From: Phoronis australis
Lineage: Eukaryota > Animalia > Phoronida
Reading direction: 5' to 3'
NCBI GenBank assembly: GCA_002633005.1
Contig: NMRA01000534.1
Coordinates: 188,382 to 252,381, forward strand
DNA length: 64,000 nucleotides
The notes under the pieces are model-generated. The model saw only the letters and a program-made list of their open reading frames with translations, was not told the origin of the DNA and did not search any database. Below are positions 25,161 to 38,645 of the stretch, piece after piece (position 1 is the first letter of the stretch; the number at the start of each line of letters is the position of its first letter). The translations under genes and the position numbers were made by a program.

Positions 25161-25265
25161 TTCACTGCCTTGAGATATTTCTAGGAAACCGATACCATTC
25201 AATTAACAGTTACTGACACTGGCGGTAGGGTGCGCAGCAAGGCTTACTCGTTCTGCTAATCAGAG

Positions 25266-25777
25266 TTGAGGTTATGGAAGACCTTACCGACAAGTTGGCA
25301 TTCAGTCAAATATCTGAAATTTAACTCGAGAAAAGTATTTCTTCAAGGAAAACTCCTGTAGAATTTTATTGTTGACTTTATACCGACCTTGCGCTGACTG
25401 GGTCACATGATCATGTTTTTAGTAAAACTTAGCAAAAAGAAATGTATAATCACACGGCATCAATAACATGCGCTTGATATAGACATCAAATATGAAATCT
25501 CCAAAAACGCTGTTACAGTTTTCAAAGTTATCAATTCATATTCGTTTTATACAACTTTTCACTGAAGTTTTTCATAAAAACTATTAAGTTTTATTTTCAG
25601 TCATAGTCCCTCACGTAAAAGTGGATCAATTTAAATACAATTTCCAACAGCGTTTTTGGAGAACAATACGTAAAGCAGATTATCTAAAAGTTTAATTTTA
25701 ATTCGATCAGTCATTTCTGAGATATAATATTCCGACGTTAGCCAAATTTAGACATTTTTAGTCCCTGCATAACCTAA
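25266..25777. mobile_element. ~500-bp Kolobok-like MITE, copy 3
   Basis: Ends TTGAGGTTATG.. / ..CCCTGCATAACCTAA; colinear with 19472-20005. Confidence 0.55.
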
Positions 25778-26517
25778 GAAGCAATATGGGTTTTCCTTAG
25801 TTTATGTACGAGTATAAGATATGCACATTTCGACCCATGCATGTCAGGCTCCCGAAAAGCAAACTTGATTTATCTGATTCGAAACCGCAGGCTATTTTTG
25901 CGATATTAGCTGTAGCTTCTGATTACTTTGCAGAATCTTTGGGAGCGTTTCCGGATGTTTTCGTATATATGTGACAATGACTGCCCACGCTGTTACCCTT
26001 TGAGGCACTTTTATTTTTCACGTTTGTCATTGTATCTTTGGAGTTCCTTTGTTGATTTGACAAATATTTTATACAAGAGAGACGACGACGCATTCTTAAA
26101 TTCGGACAGGTACGACGTATTCTGTGCCATCTAATAGCCATTTTTCTGGTACTTAAAACATTCCTAGAACCACAGCGTGTGCGGTACAGTCGTGGGCGCA
26201 TTACAACTAGTCTCCGCGTTGCCCTTGTTTGAAATGAAATTACATACTTTTGATTAAGGGGCCCCCGATCATGACATCACTTGCCGCGTTTTTATTGTTT
26301 TCTTTTTGAAATGATGTATTCTTTCGTTTTTTAAGGTGGCCTGATCCCCAGGAGGCCCAAACAACGGAATCAACTGCCGAGTGCCTCTTTTTTGAAATGG
26401 TATATCTCGTCATGTTCAAGGATACCCTTTTGGAGGGAGGGTCTGATGATGGAATCATTGGCCACATTCGATAGTGGTCGCCGCTTCGTTTTGCAGCCGG
26501 TCGACGGCGATGTAAAA

Positions 26518-26871
26518 NNNNNNNNNNNNNNNNNNNNNNNNNNNNNNNNNNNNNNNNNNNNNNNNNNNNNNNNNNNNNNNNNNNNNNNNNNNNNNNNNNN
26601 NNNNNNNNNNNNNNNNNNNNNNNNNNNNNNNNNNNNNNNNNNNNNNNNNNNNNNNNNNNNNNNNNNNNNNNNNNNNNNNNNNNNNNNNNNNNNNNNNNNN
26701 NNNNNNNNNNNNNNNNNNNNNNNNNNNNNNNNNNNNNNNNNNNNNNNNNNNNNNNNNNNNNNNNNNNNNNNNNNNNNNNNNNNNNNNNNNNNNNNNNNNN
26801 NNNNNNNNNNNNNNNNNNNNNNNNNNNNNNNNNNNNNNNNNNNNNNNNNNNNNNNNNNNNNNNNNNNNNNN
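26518..26871. other. Assembly gap
   Basis: N run. Confidence 1.
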
Positions 26872-27119
26872 GTAGGTTACCGGCGGTCTTCTCCGTTCAT
26901 TGACGATTGATACCGGATGCCTAGGGATTGTATAAGATGCTAACATATTACTCGGCGCTGTGTGGTGAGTGACTGGTCGTGATGCCACGAAACGCCGTCA
27001 GCATCAGCAAATTGTGATAGGGCCTCTGAGGTGTGTTTACGTATTTGGGAGAATCAAACACAATGATGACAGTGAAAGGTGCTAGCTTCTGATGAAGTCG
27101 GGTTGACACCCTCTTTCTG

Positions 27120-27203
27120 ATGTTCCTTGAGGCGATATTTAACATTCTCGCTAACGTTTGCTTGGAGACGCCTCCTGTGATTGGGTATCGCCTCAAGGAA
27201 CAT
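27120..27203. repeat. Inverted repeat/hairpin with 18-bp perfect arms
   Basis: ATGTTCCTTGAGGCGATA ... TATCGCCTCAAGGAACAT. Confidence 0.85.
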
Positions 27204-28569
27204 AAAAATGAAAGCACTCCGAGGAGCGAAACTTAGCGAAATTAACCAAAAAACCACGTTAGAGATGACCAGACAAGACTACGGCAGAGATGATGACGAA
27301 GATGACAGCTATGACGACGATGGTGGCAATGATGGACAATGCAAGTTATGATATCGTTCATATGACGAACGTAGAGGTCAGAAATCACTAAGAAATAGGC
27401 TACAGTCTTGACCGACACTTGGCGAAATTAACTCAAGAAAAGACGACGTCGGACATGATGACGAAGATGACAAATATGATGATGGTGGTGGAGATGATGA
27501 ACAACATCATAACATTCACATGACGAACTTAGATGTCAGTTCAATAGAAGCTAAACCAACATCAATGCAGCAAAAGAGCGCTCAACAAAGGAACAGCGTT
27601 ATCAGAAAATCTCAAATAACTCAAAAAGTAGACGTCCTGGCGAAAAATAAAAAACATCTTCTGAAAGCCCGTTCAAAATTCTATATAAATTGATAGTATC
27701 ACACAATTCCGTAAACTTTTCGAAAAAATGAAATTGAAATTTTGCGTTTATTTTTAAGAAATTCAAAGTCAAATAACTCAAAAAACGGTAAGTCTGAGAA
27801 AAAATTGTTGCAGGTCATTTGAAAGAGTATACCTCAAAAAATTCACATGCAAAAAATCACGTCTTTTTCTCTTCCTGTTTAAAATGGCACTCCAGCAAGA
27901 CTGAAAACGGGTCAAATGCGCCAGATCAGCCATCTTGAGAGCAACTTCCGGTTTTTTGGCATTGTGTAACAATATGTCATAAGGAACTAATACATGCAAA
28001 AATTCGAAGGAATTCGCCTTATATTCGCCTGTAGTGGAAAAAACGTTTTTAGGCCAAAATCGAGGTGCGCATGCGCGATCGCCGATATTTCCGCCATCTT
28101 TCACCGGAAGTAAACAATTTCCGGTATACTTGTAGCACACTTCCGGTCCATTTACTGTACCGATTCTTAGCTTTGTACGTAAAAGATAGTAGCCTCCAGA
28201 AGCATTTGAACCTTTAAATGAAAACAAAACGACCACCACATCCGCCATCTTGGATCTGATTATGACGAAAAACAATAGGCTTCCAGCACAATCATCATCG
28301 TCGTTGATTTTGTCTATTATCGCTCAAGACTGTAGGCAGCACTGAACAGTCAGGCCGCGGCCACGGTGCATTTTCTAGTCCCTAGAATTTATGTTGAGGG
28401 CGTGTGTCAGGTTTGCCGGGTGGTTTGAGGAAATTGTTGACAACAATTGCCAGGAAACTTATTTACTTGTGTTTTTGAATGAGAAAAGCCAAGTTTTTAC
28501 CTACTTTTGATGCAAACTGGTGGCTGTCATTGCTTTCAACCCATGTCGTCTGCTGTCCGAGAAACCGGG

Positions 28570-29120
28570 TGCGATTTCAGGTGGCTGTCAGACAGATCAA
28601 ATTTGCCAAAAAAGTAGCTGGTAAAAGGCTTACTATGACCACATAGTTAGAATCTAATGAGGAAGAGCATTCTGAATCTGTAGTCAGACTTTTTCTAGCA
28701 CTTGCAGGGAAGTGTTCGGGGAGAAAATTGTCAAATTTGGCGTTTTTTGCAAATAGTTTTGTATGCCGGGATTTTCTTGCCTTGTATATTAACCGATCAG
28801 AAATCTGTAAGGTTCGATAGAGTTTTAAACGGTCTTTCATTTGTATTGTGAACGAGTTGATCGAGAGTAGTTGCTCGGCTGTAGCTGCACTCTTCTTCAA
28901 GATGGCGCCCCCCCCCCCCTGTTGCAATTGTGCATTGCTGGGTAGCGACTGAGAAATTGGCTGTGATTTCAGGTAGCTCTCAAACAAGCCAGATTTGCAA
29001 AAGCTAGTTGGTTGACAGTACTTTTGGACCGCATTTTTGGAATCTAATGTTGGTTTCATTCGAGCATCGGCAGGGAAGTGGTGGTTTTGGGGTGAAAAGT
29101 GTCGATTTCGCGTTTTTCGT
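28570..29120. repeat. Diverged ~390-bp-period internal duplication, probably in an old DNA transposon
   Basis: GATTTCAGGTRGCT..AATCTAATG..GCAGGGAAGTG..GCGTTTTT occurs at ~28573-28748 and ~28965-29118. Confidence 0.6.
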
Positions 29121-31111
29121 CCCTTTTTTCATAGTCTAGCTTGGTTTTCAGACAGAACGAGCCAAAAATACAAAAGAGAATAAAGTTTCTGTGCTCATCC
29201 GGAGGGCTTGTGATGTGAAATGACTCGAAACTTTTCGTTCTTTGCATGCACTTTTTGATAGAGTGAAGAAATGGTGACGAATTCATTGACATGTGTTCTG
29301 ATAAACAAACCCCTGTGATAACTGTTCTATGCACCCTAAACTCAGCGTAACAAAAAACAACATCCTGTGTACAGCGCCACCTAGTATGCACTGAGCAAGA
29401 CATCAGGCAGGACAGATGTCGGAAATTTCTGCAGATGTTTGCTACTTTTTGGGTGGCAAAAGTTATTTTCCTTGTGTCAATTGTTACAGAACATTATTTC
29501 GATTAAGAGAACTGGATGGAAAGTCGTTTTTAGTATCTGTAAATAGGCCAAAACAAGGTTTGGTGTCCTTTTAAGTAAACATTTTGTTGGGATGAATATT
29601 TCATACACCTCTTTCACGATACGCCTATCGACAGTATGTTTGATAATTTGAGACAAATAAAAAACCGACAACCTAATAAAAATTGGTAGTGCCACTGTCA
29701 AAGCGGTTAGCTGTAAACGACCCCAATGTGAGAACTTTGTCATTATATCATTCGGAATGAGAATTATGAAATCAACGTGCTCAGCCACATTTCCAAACCA
29801 ATAAGGAAAATTATTGTCATCCCCAAAACGACAGTTCAAGTAGCGACTACGAAAACGTTAGTGCCAAAAAGCATAAGTTTTGTCCGAGTTAAACAGGCTT
29901 TTCAAAATTGAGCTGCTTCCTATCACTGGCCGGTGATCTCTCCATTGGTTTTGAATGGTAAAAACCAATTGCTTAATCATTGCAATGATTTTAGACCAAT
30001 ATGTTAGAGTTTATCAGTCAATTCTATAATTTCCATGGGCGCAAGTAGGAAAGTAGCGCTCTTCAGCGGTTTTTTACACCTGTATAGTGCCAAGTTTCAA
30101 AATTCCAAGTAAATGAGATGAATGACATCCAAACTCTTTTTAAAAAGTTTCACTATTTCGTTTTTTAGTCTTCAGAGCAGAATACGTCTATGGAGGTCGG
30201 CTGTACTTAGTCATATGTGATTCGTAATCCGACCCTTGTAACCGTTGTTACTGATAAAACACCACAATATTTATGTATCTGCACACGTGGCCAAGCAATT
30301 AACTTTAACTTACATTTCAGGACATTCATAGAAGCATGAAAACAACAACAAAAGCTTAGTGATTTATACACCCAATACTCAATATCAGAAATTTATTTCA
30401 TTATCAAAATCGCGTACTTTAGTCTAGATGATGGATATTATGGTGAAATGGTGAAACCAATACCTATAACATTAAACCTATCATTCTTACCAACTTGATT
30501 AGTGTACATAAATGAAGAGTTATCGTGCCTGGCATGAGACACAAACAATTAAGAACAGTCAAGGCAGGAAAGCAGGCGTTTTCGCAAAGATGATTTATAG
30601 TTATATTAGTTGTGCTATAAACCAGACTTCTATTAAACACTCTAACTTAACTTTAATAAACCACTTGCCGTTGGTTACGAAACAGCCTACTCAAGTTGTT
30701 ACTTATCCAAATTAGACATGGTTTCTAGGTTAGTGAAGGTCTGACAGTTCGCTATTGCTAGTGACCAGCTCGACTTGACACGGCGGGTCAGTTTATGCTC
30801 TGAGCATAGTCTCGGGTAACAAGGAATATGCAAGATCTCCTTATGTCAATAATTCACCTCTAACTTCAATAAGGAACAACTTGGGACCAGTTTTATAACA
30901 GCAAGTGGTCTAACACAAAAGTTGGTCATTTTGGCACTAGGAAGGTGAGCTCACAGCGGCTTTAAAAATAAATTAACTGTAAATACTTTTATAAGTATTT
31001 TGCTTCATTGTTCATGAAGGTAAGTTGAACAGATTTAGAAAATACATTTTCTAGCTTGACTGTGTTAGAATGACTTAGAAACGCGTTGTTGAATTATTTG
31101 AGGAGAAACCC

Positions 31112-31246
31112 GGGTTGAGTTCCGTAGACGCAAGGATTTCGCGACTGAGGCTAGCAGCATTGCATCCTTCCTTTGTAATACATGGCGATACCTCGCGAAG
31201 TCGTGCGTGATCTTACGTTTTCGTGAGGTACTCCGAACGGAGGCCC
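31112..31246. mobile_element. Decayed MITE related to the 24.4-24.7 kb family
   Basis: Similar ends (GTTCCGTAGACGCAAGGA / GAACGGAGGCCC) and internal CTCGCGAAGTC. Confidence 0.4.
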
Positions 31247-34200
31247 GCTACGCGCTTCCTATCGACGTCCCTCGTTCGTTAGAAATAACCACTTACCTAT
31301 ACAACCAGTCATAGTTAAAAGTGCACGTCCATCTGTATTATGCGAGTACGTGTTCTATTCTGACGACCAATCTAACATCACTCTTCTAATATACGTCTAA
31401 ACGAGTTCACGTACTTATTATTAATTACTTATTTACAGCAGGCTTCCAGCTATGTGGCCATTTACCAAGATTCTGGCTTGTAATAAATTCGACTGGAGAA
31501 ATCGAAAATAAAGATTTCGGGCTAATTAATAGGCTGCTTTGACAGTGATTGCAAAGCAGGAAACTTGATGTCTTCAATTCTAGAGAACTCAATGAACTCC
31601 TGTTCACGTGGTTTCTGCAATTTATTTTAATAACAATATGATCTCATATATGTTTTATCCTTAATTAAGGTGAACGTCGTCATCACTCTAAATTACACTA
31701 AAATTAACTGTAGCGAGCTTGATTGTGAGAAGAAAGTGAGTAGTTCGAAAGAATCAAGATGATGTTTAACCTGAAAATGTGATTGAATGGGTTCGTCACA
31801 AATGCACCTGAAGTATTTAATTTGAATGAGGCACTTGGAAGCGTCGTTTCGGCACCATGTCTTCCTGAAGTTTCCTTGAACCTATTGAACTACAGATACG
31901 ACACCAAAAAGTATTTGTGTTATGTATACATCGAACGCCAAGGCGCATTTTGTGAAATTATTTTTGGCAGAAAATAATCATAAATAATCAGTAGAAATCA
32001 GTGAAAGCATTTGGTCTGTATCACTCCACCGTATCGCTTTTATAGTTTTTATCTTTTTTAAAATCAAATTTATTTTCTGTCTCCTACCGACACGGTAAAC
32101 GTTAACGACGGTATGTTGCGACATGCAAATTCGTTCTGAGCCCTAGGTGTTTCCTCCAAATAACATGTAGGGGACGCAACCAAAAAATAAAATCCAAACC
32201 CGACATTACGTTATAAAGAAAGAAACATAATTATGTCCCACTCTCTAGCATTCATTGTTGATATAAACAAATGTTTGTTTGGACTTGTTGCCGGGACTTA
32301 ATGTTTTCTGAAAGGAGGTGCTGTTTAAATTAGGTTAAAACCATAAGCTCTCTCACGATTTACTGATGTTGCTTTATAAAACAGTTCTAATACCACTTCC
32401 AAGAAATGGATTGTGATCGCAATCAACAACAGAGAAAAACGACTTATTGGTATTTCGTCACGTATTTTCTGGCGTGCAGAGTAAAAAGCAGCTATTCTGG
32501 CAAGCGCCTACCACATATTACGGAAGCCTGTAGGAGCCACATCCCCTGCTCACATTTTTCCCTGTTCTCCAGCACACCTGTGAGATGACTTCTTGTGGAA
32601 GTAACCCCCTCGCATTTCAACGCCGATGTTAAGCATCCTTGTGAGATACGTAAAGTAAACCTAAAAGAGCTATTGTTTGATTTGTGCTAATGGTATTTAA
32701 TGTGAATAACTGACCTTTTCTCCTGTAGGCATAAGGACTCTTGGCAGTAGGTTTCGCCGATCGCGAAGTACACAAACTAAAAAACTAGTCAGTGGAGACA
32801 GAGATCACTCAGTTTCCTTGAGTGAGCGCATTACTAATTATAAAAATAAAAACCTGCCCGTATTTATCGAATGCCGATTACTCGTGGTTTTCATTGCATT
32901 TCCGTGGTTTCATTTGCATGTCTCGAGAAAATGAAAACTGCGCGTGACATGTCATGCCCACTCTAGAAATGTCTTCCGACGATTAAAAGTTAAATCGAAA
33001 AACGTGCACTTCGGTAGGTCTAGCTTGTAAGAGCAGCCGGATTAATGCAACCTGTAATGAGTATGATTATAAAGCAGTCAAACAGTCGCTTGAATCCTAT
33101 TTTAATTCACCAGATCCACTCGCCCAAATTGCACGTGCACACAATAGATATACTAAATGTAAGGCCATTTTTCACTTTTTAATTCGCACAAAGATAATTG
33201 CCAAAACTGTCATTGTTCCATTTTTCAAAAGCTGATTACTTTCCTACAGATAGTGGAAACTTTACTAAATGTTCTGTTAGAACATCTACACAGTACAAAC
33301 TATGCTAGTAATAGACAAAAAATCTTTTTGTGAAGAAATTCGACGACGTAGAATTTTAATTGTCGACCACATTGTGCACTACATAAGTGAATAATTGCCG
33401 TACGAAGCGTTATGGGGATTACCGTTGTCTCACACTCAGATATAAAGCTTTCTAGCGCTTTCTGGGCTTAACTCCTATTATTGTACATTGTATTTTTCGT
33501 AATAAACATTTCAAAAAATCCGTTGTCTCGTCAACAGACATCGCTCGGGGAGTATGACATCATTGGGTGCTGGGCTGTTTTTGCGACTTACACTGATTTG
33601 CCTTACGAGGAACTACGCGTCATTGGTGAACGCACTAATATTGTTGTGACTCAATTCGCTGCCGTTCTTTTAAATCTGCTATATGTTATTAATCAATAGA
33701 AATGGAAATCTGTGATTAATAACTTAGTGAACTGCAACGAAGAATAGAGGAATTCAAATTAAGATCCACAGAAAAACAGGAAACCACGGGTCAAGGTTTA
33801 TACAATGAGAGTTTTCAGAACAACGCAACTGGGAGAACGGATCGTGTTCAGGGGAAATGAAAAACGATAAAATAGGCTACATCGAAGTTTTTATTTGGAA
33901 AGCATATTTCACTGCGTAACCAAATACGTGTCTATGTAGCACCGCACATATACAGCGGACATTTCCAGCTTCCCTTAAACCGAAAGCCGGATTCAAGGTT
34001 GTATTTATAAAAATATGATCAAATAAATATTTCAACTATAAATGTGATGCACAAATCAACTGTCAAAGTAAAGCGCTCCATCCACAGTGTTTAACGTTTT
34101 TCTCCCATCTATCAGTTATGGTTATTCTTCGTGAAAGCACGGGTCACTACCCGGTGAATGCCTTTATGAAATATAGATGTCTAATGTGAAAAGCCGGACA

Positions 34201-34971
34201 ACACCACTGCCACTATTTTATTACCTCGAGACGACAAAGTATTATCCCGAGGTGAGTATTTTTATTGCAAAGTTCCTGTATAACCTCGCAATCTCATTAA
34301 TAGCTACCAGAATCTTAAGGGCATCAGTGCATTTTGCTTATAAAGTGGCATGTTTCGAGGACCCTTGTGAATATCGATGTTGAATATTGAAGTAGATTGC
34401 ATTTTGCTCGGTAGTCTGTCCCCGCGACTTTTTTCACCACTTTTGTCCTAAACACTTGCTGGCCGTTACTTTGTGACGAGAAAAAACACGGGGCGTTTAT
34501 TTGGTGTTACTGAAATGCGTGGAAGTTTTCAATTTTCGAATACACGCCCATGGGCTTATCCACGGAAAATCCCGGTACTTATGACAAACAAAAAGACAAT
34601 ACAATTTGTATCAGACGGAAAAATCTTCAAAAAATTCTCACAGAAAACAATAACTGTGATTCATCTCTGATATTGCTTGTTTTTGTGGCTTTTGATAGCC
34701 ACAAAGTAACCACAATAAATAATCTATCCTTCGAATTTGAGCACGTGGATACAATAATCACCCGTTTGTATGGAAACATCCCCGAGGTTTGCGCCCATAA
34801 CATAACCCTTTTGTAGATCCCAACGAAAAGCTTATTTACTGGATTTTAAACCAATGCACAAACTTCATACTATAGCTTTTTAACTCAGGAAAATTAACAC
34901 TCATGAAATAAGCCTTTTGGCAGGTACTTAAATTCGAAAAATGCACGTTTCTTAGGAAATCTGGTATTGAA

Positions 34972-35261
34972 TACGGTAGCTGTAATAGAATAGTGCGGTA
35001 TTGTTTTCTTCCAGCCCTAACTCTATCGTTAGAGTTGATATCTATTACTATTTCTGTCGATAAACATACAATACTAAGTTCAGTGTACTTTCTGTTTCCA
35101 TAGATATGCTTATTAACTGGATTTATGGACTTACTAACTCATATGACAGACTTAATATCTATATCAATAGAGTTAAGGAGTTTATCGATAGGTACGTATA
35201 TCAATAGAGATAATAATTCTATCGAGTAAAAAAACGGTGCTGTCCTGTTACAGATACCGTA
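34972..35261. mobile_element. 290-bp IS3EU-like MITE with decayed 21-bp internal repeats
   Basis: TIR TACGGTAGCTGTAA / TTACAGATACCGTA; 6-bp flanks ATTGAA/CTTGAA; internal GACTTACTAACTC and TATCGATAG motifs. Confidence 0.75.
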
Positions 35262-35338
35262 CTTGAAAAAATAGGGTGTTTGGCATATATTTCCGTTTGC
35301 CGATTAAGTTCGTCCTTGTCGCTTGAACTGATTCTTCC

Positions 35339-37047
35339 TACGATGGCCCATAGATGATATCGCGCGTTTCTTTTTTAATTGTCTCAGGATCTCGAGATCC
35401 CGAATTAATTATCCCGGGATCTCGGTTATATCAACTTAGTCTGTTTTCAAACGCCCACCGGTCTCAACTAATAAATCGTGGTTTTCACAACGAGTACTCG
35501 AAGTAGTTTGGATAAAAACACGTTGTAAACTAAACTTGCATGGACACGGGCGTCGACAGGGAGTGGACAGGAGAGCCCACAACCCCGAGGCCTGTGGCAG
35601 TTCAGGGAGCCCATTGGTAAAAACAAAATAAAAAAACGCACAGCAAAGAACAAAAGTTCAAGACGATTGGGCCGGTCGGTCCAGTTGGACAAGGATAATA
35701 ACTCAGAAACCAACGAGAGACCCTGAAAAGTCGACGGGAACAGTTTAAAAATGCTACGTACATGTATGTGACTGTTGACAACTGATAAAAGAAGCGACGA
35801 TGTAGATCACGTAACTTTGAATAATGGTACAACTGCGTAAAATATGTACTGCGGGCATGTTATACAAGGAAATAAATGTTCTAAAGCTGAACTAATATTT
35901 CAGCGTCATCCTTGCCGAAAAATACCTGAGTACCAACCGCGCAAATTGTAAACGTTAAAGCTGGCGTTTCCTACTTTTCTGTACTCCAAACATAATTTTA
36001 CGTAAGTGCACCTTTTGAATCGTACTCATTAAAACCTCATATTTCTTAGCCATGATATTGTGATGGGCATATCACGTGATCAAATAATTCAATTGGCAGT
36101 CGCATTGAAAATTTTACGTAATAGGATAGATGACCAAACTTTCAATGTTTGCGATCCTATCTGACGTGAAACCGGGTATAACGCTTATAGTCTCAACGAT
36201 GAAAGGTAAGGGACAATTTTAATAAAAAAACAACGAGATTTTTCAACTTCATCATGATTAGATGTCACGTATGTCATCATCAAAGTCATCTACAATCAAG
36301 TCAATAGAGGAAAAGGGGCGCCCCATAGCAACAAAAATATCATTGACAACGCTTGTGTTTAGAACTTCCACCTGTCAACAGTCCAGATACCATGATCTGG
36401 GGAAAGTACAGAACTTAGATTTATCAAGCCGCAACATATTTACGTGTCATGTTAATGGGATATTTTAAAGATACTCTTTTCTCTTAAGACTACAGTACTG
36501 CTAGTTTTACTGGCTGAAAAACAAAGTTAGTCCTCTATACAGCCGGTCTAACATGATAGGCCTCGTTTTCTGTTACCAAGAATATTCCAATTTGGATAGA
36601 GATGAAGCTGTTAAAGATCTTTTCAATTAAGGTTGTCGCAAAAAGAAAATGCAGGCATGCTGAGGTACGTGTATCACTTTGGTATCATTATTAGCGTTAG
36701 GCACCTTCAGTGTTTGTTGCCAAGACTAGGGCTCGCGCGTCGTTACAATTATTTAGACATTCATGGTGTGATTGGCTTCATAGAACGACAAATATCGATG
36801 CCAGGGCAGCAATATGGTTACATATTCATGCACCCCAATGGCTTATTGGTGAAACTAATAAACTGTACGAATCGTTCTTTCTGCTGTCGATCTAGATGGT
36901 GTGGGAATGGTACGCGCCAGAAGACTGTTTACGTACAGCGACACACTGAGGAAAATTATCTCGGAATCTCGAGATCCCGACTTAATTATCTCAGGATCTC
37001 GAGATAATTAAAAAAGAAACTCGCGATGTCATCTTTGCGTCACCGTA
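35339..37047 (+). mobile_element. IS3EU-like DNA transposon, internally deleted (1.7 kb)
   Basis: ~100-bp imperfect TIRs TACGATGG..AGATGATATCGCG / CGCGATGTCATCT..CACCGTA with ATCTCGAGAT subrepeats; flanks TCTTCC/TGTGCC; contains a transposase remnant. Confidence 0.75.
36592..36945 (+). pseudogene. N-terminal fragment of an IS3EU-type (integrase-core) transposase
   Basis: LDRDEAVKDLFN*/LSQKE..GIIISVRHLQCLLPRLGLARR..GQQYGYIFMH../TVRIVLSAVDLDGVGMVRARRL resembles the region upstream of the catalytic core, which is deleted. Confidence 0.7.
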
Positions 37048-37049
37048 TG

Positions 37050-37620
37050 TGCCCGAACTATTCCATCAGTTGATGACACATGAAATATAAAGACATGTTT
37101 AACGGTGCAGCATAATCAATTTTTGGAATGTAATTGTTCAGCAAGAGAAAAAATTATACACGATGGACCATCCCAAATTCTTTCTGTACTTTGAATCCCC
37201 AGACGAACATATTGTTTGTGAGATGGCATTAGCATTCCTTGGAGACTGCTTTCGCTGCCCCAGCCACTAAGTGCTGCTAAGTATATGAACAGAACATTTA
37301 GCATCATCCAAGCATTTGGAGCGCACACGCAGTCCTTGTAACAATTCAACAAACAACAGTCACTGTTTATACAAAAGGCATATGGCCACATTCATGCCCG
37401 TAAGAGTTTTTTGCTTTACTTCGTCCAAATCTGTGGTAGATTGCTAAAGCAAATCAAAAGGGCCTGTTTCGCCATTATTTGAAATGGAAGAAGAGACATG
37501 GCCAGTGTTCATATGCAACTTAACTATTTCGATTCCTTTTATTTCATTTCACAGACGAAAAAACGTGGCTGGGTTTGACGTTCATTTTATGGAAATTCGC
37601 AATTTCCCCAGCCGGCATTA
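37050..37620 (-). pseudogene. Highly decayed CR1/L2-type RT fragment
   Basis: Frameshifted ordered motifs MSLLPF/KIMAK, VELLQG..CLDDAKCSVHIL, HKQYVRLG. Confidence 0.35.
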
Positions 37621-38645
37621 ACTACCGTATTGCAGTGCCTTTAGGCCTATGGGCCAATATCTGAAAAAACATGCTTTTTACCCAAATGGTTCGCATAGTG
37701 GCGCATTTGAGATTATAGTGTTTGCCACGCGTCAATGAGAGGCTGCGTTGGTCTTGCCATTGGTAATGCCTCTGGCTGAACCAAGGACTTGATAATGTAA
37801 CCATGTGACTGAATTTCGCACATACGCCTATGACATTCAACTCCGAAGTTTGAGGTCACGAGAATGCCCTCGAAAGTGTTTTATGTTAGGAGCATGGAAA
37901 TACATTCAGTTGTCTTAAGCACACACACATTACCCAGCGTCTAATAATAGTATGACTGACATTATCACTATTTATGGTGCCAATCAGCAGTGACCACGAC
38001 TACCGCAGGATGAGGTATTCGACTATATTTGAAAGGGTGTGCCACCGCTGTGAAATTAAGATGCCAACCCTTTTTGTAGTCAACAAGATAAAAACCCTAG
38101 TCTTTCGTGAGTACGCATACTGTAAGAGGAACCCATTCCGTCGGGGTCTTCTGCGCGGGGACCCCCCCCCCTCCCGTCTTCCAACGACAAAATTCTTATT
38201 TACAATGAAGCAAACTTCAACGAAAAGCTCCCCAGTCTTTATTTTTGACACAACAAGTGTCAATAGTGTTTCATCCCTAAACTAGAAGAGGTTCTGGACT
38301 TGGGGGCTCCACTGAAAGTTTGTTATTGCTCGAGGATTAGCTGGGAATAAGTTTTCTTAACCCGTTGGTTCTTAGTGCAGCAAACATGACCTCAAGCAAT
38401 AAATTGGAGTTTTCCTAACCCTATTGACTAAGGAACTAGTACAGACCAGTTATATAGTTGTGGATGGTCCAGATATCAAGAGGATTCATAGCAGTTTTAA
38501 GGAATTTCAGTGATTCGCAGAGGTTCTGAAAGCCAGAAATCCGCACCTGAGCGGCATATTTTGAACGAAGAAGCACTTGTGTTTGTACTTTCTGAGATGT
38601 TAGAACAACACTTTGCTGCTAGAGATAGGCCAGGGTTCACTTCAC

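Noticed and set aside
27054-27257. KYRLKEH as a Penelope GIY-YIG endonuclease motif
   Set aside because: It falls on a hairpin arm and lacks the upstream GxY/YIG motifs.
27778-29403. Three consecutive minus-strand ORFs (165, 160 and 115 aa) as a gene cluster
   Set aside because: No protein motifs; they overlap internally duplicated repeat sequence.
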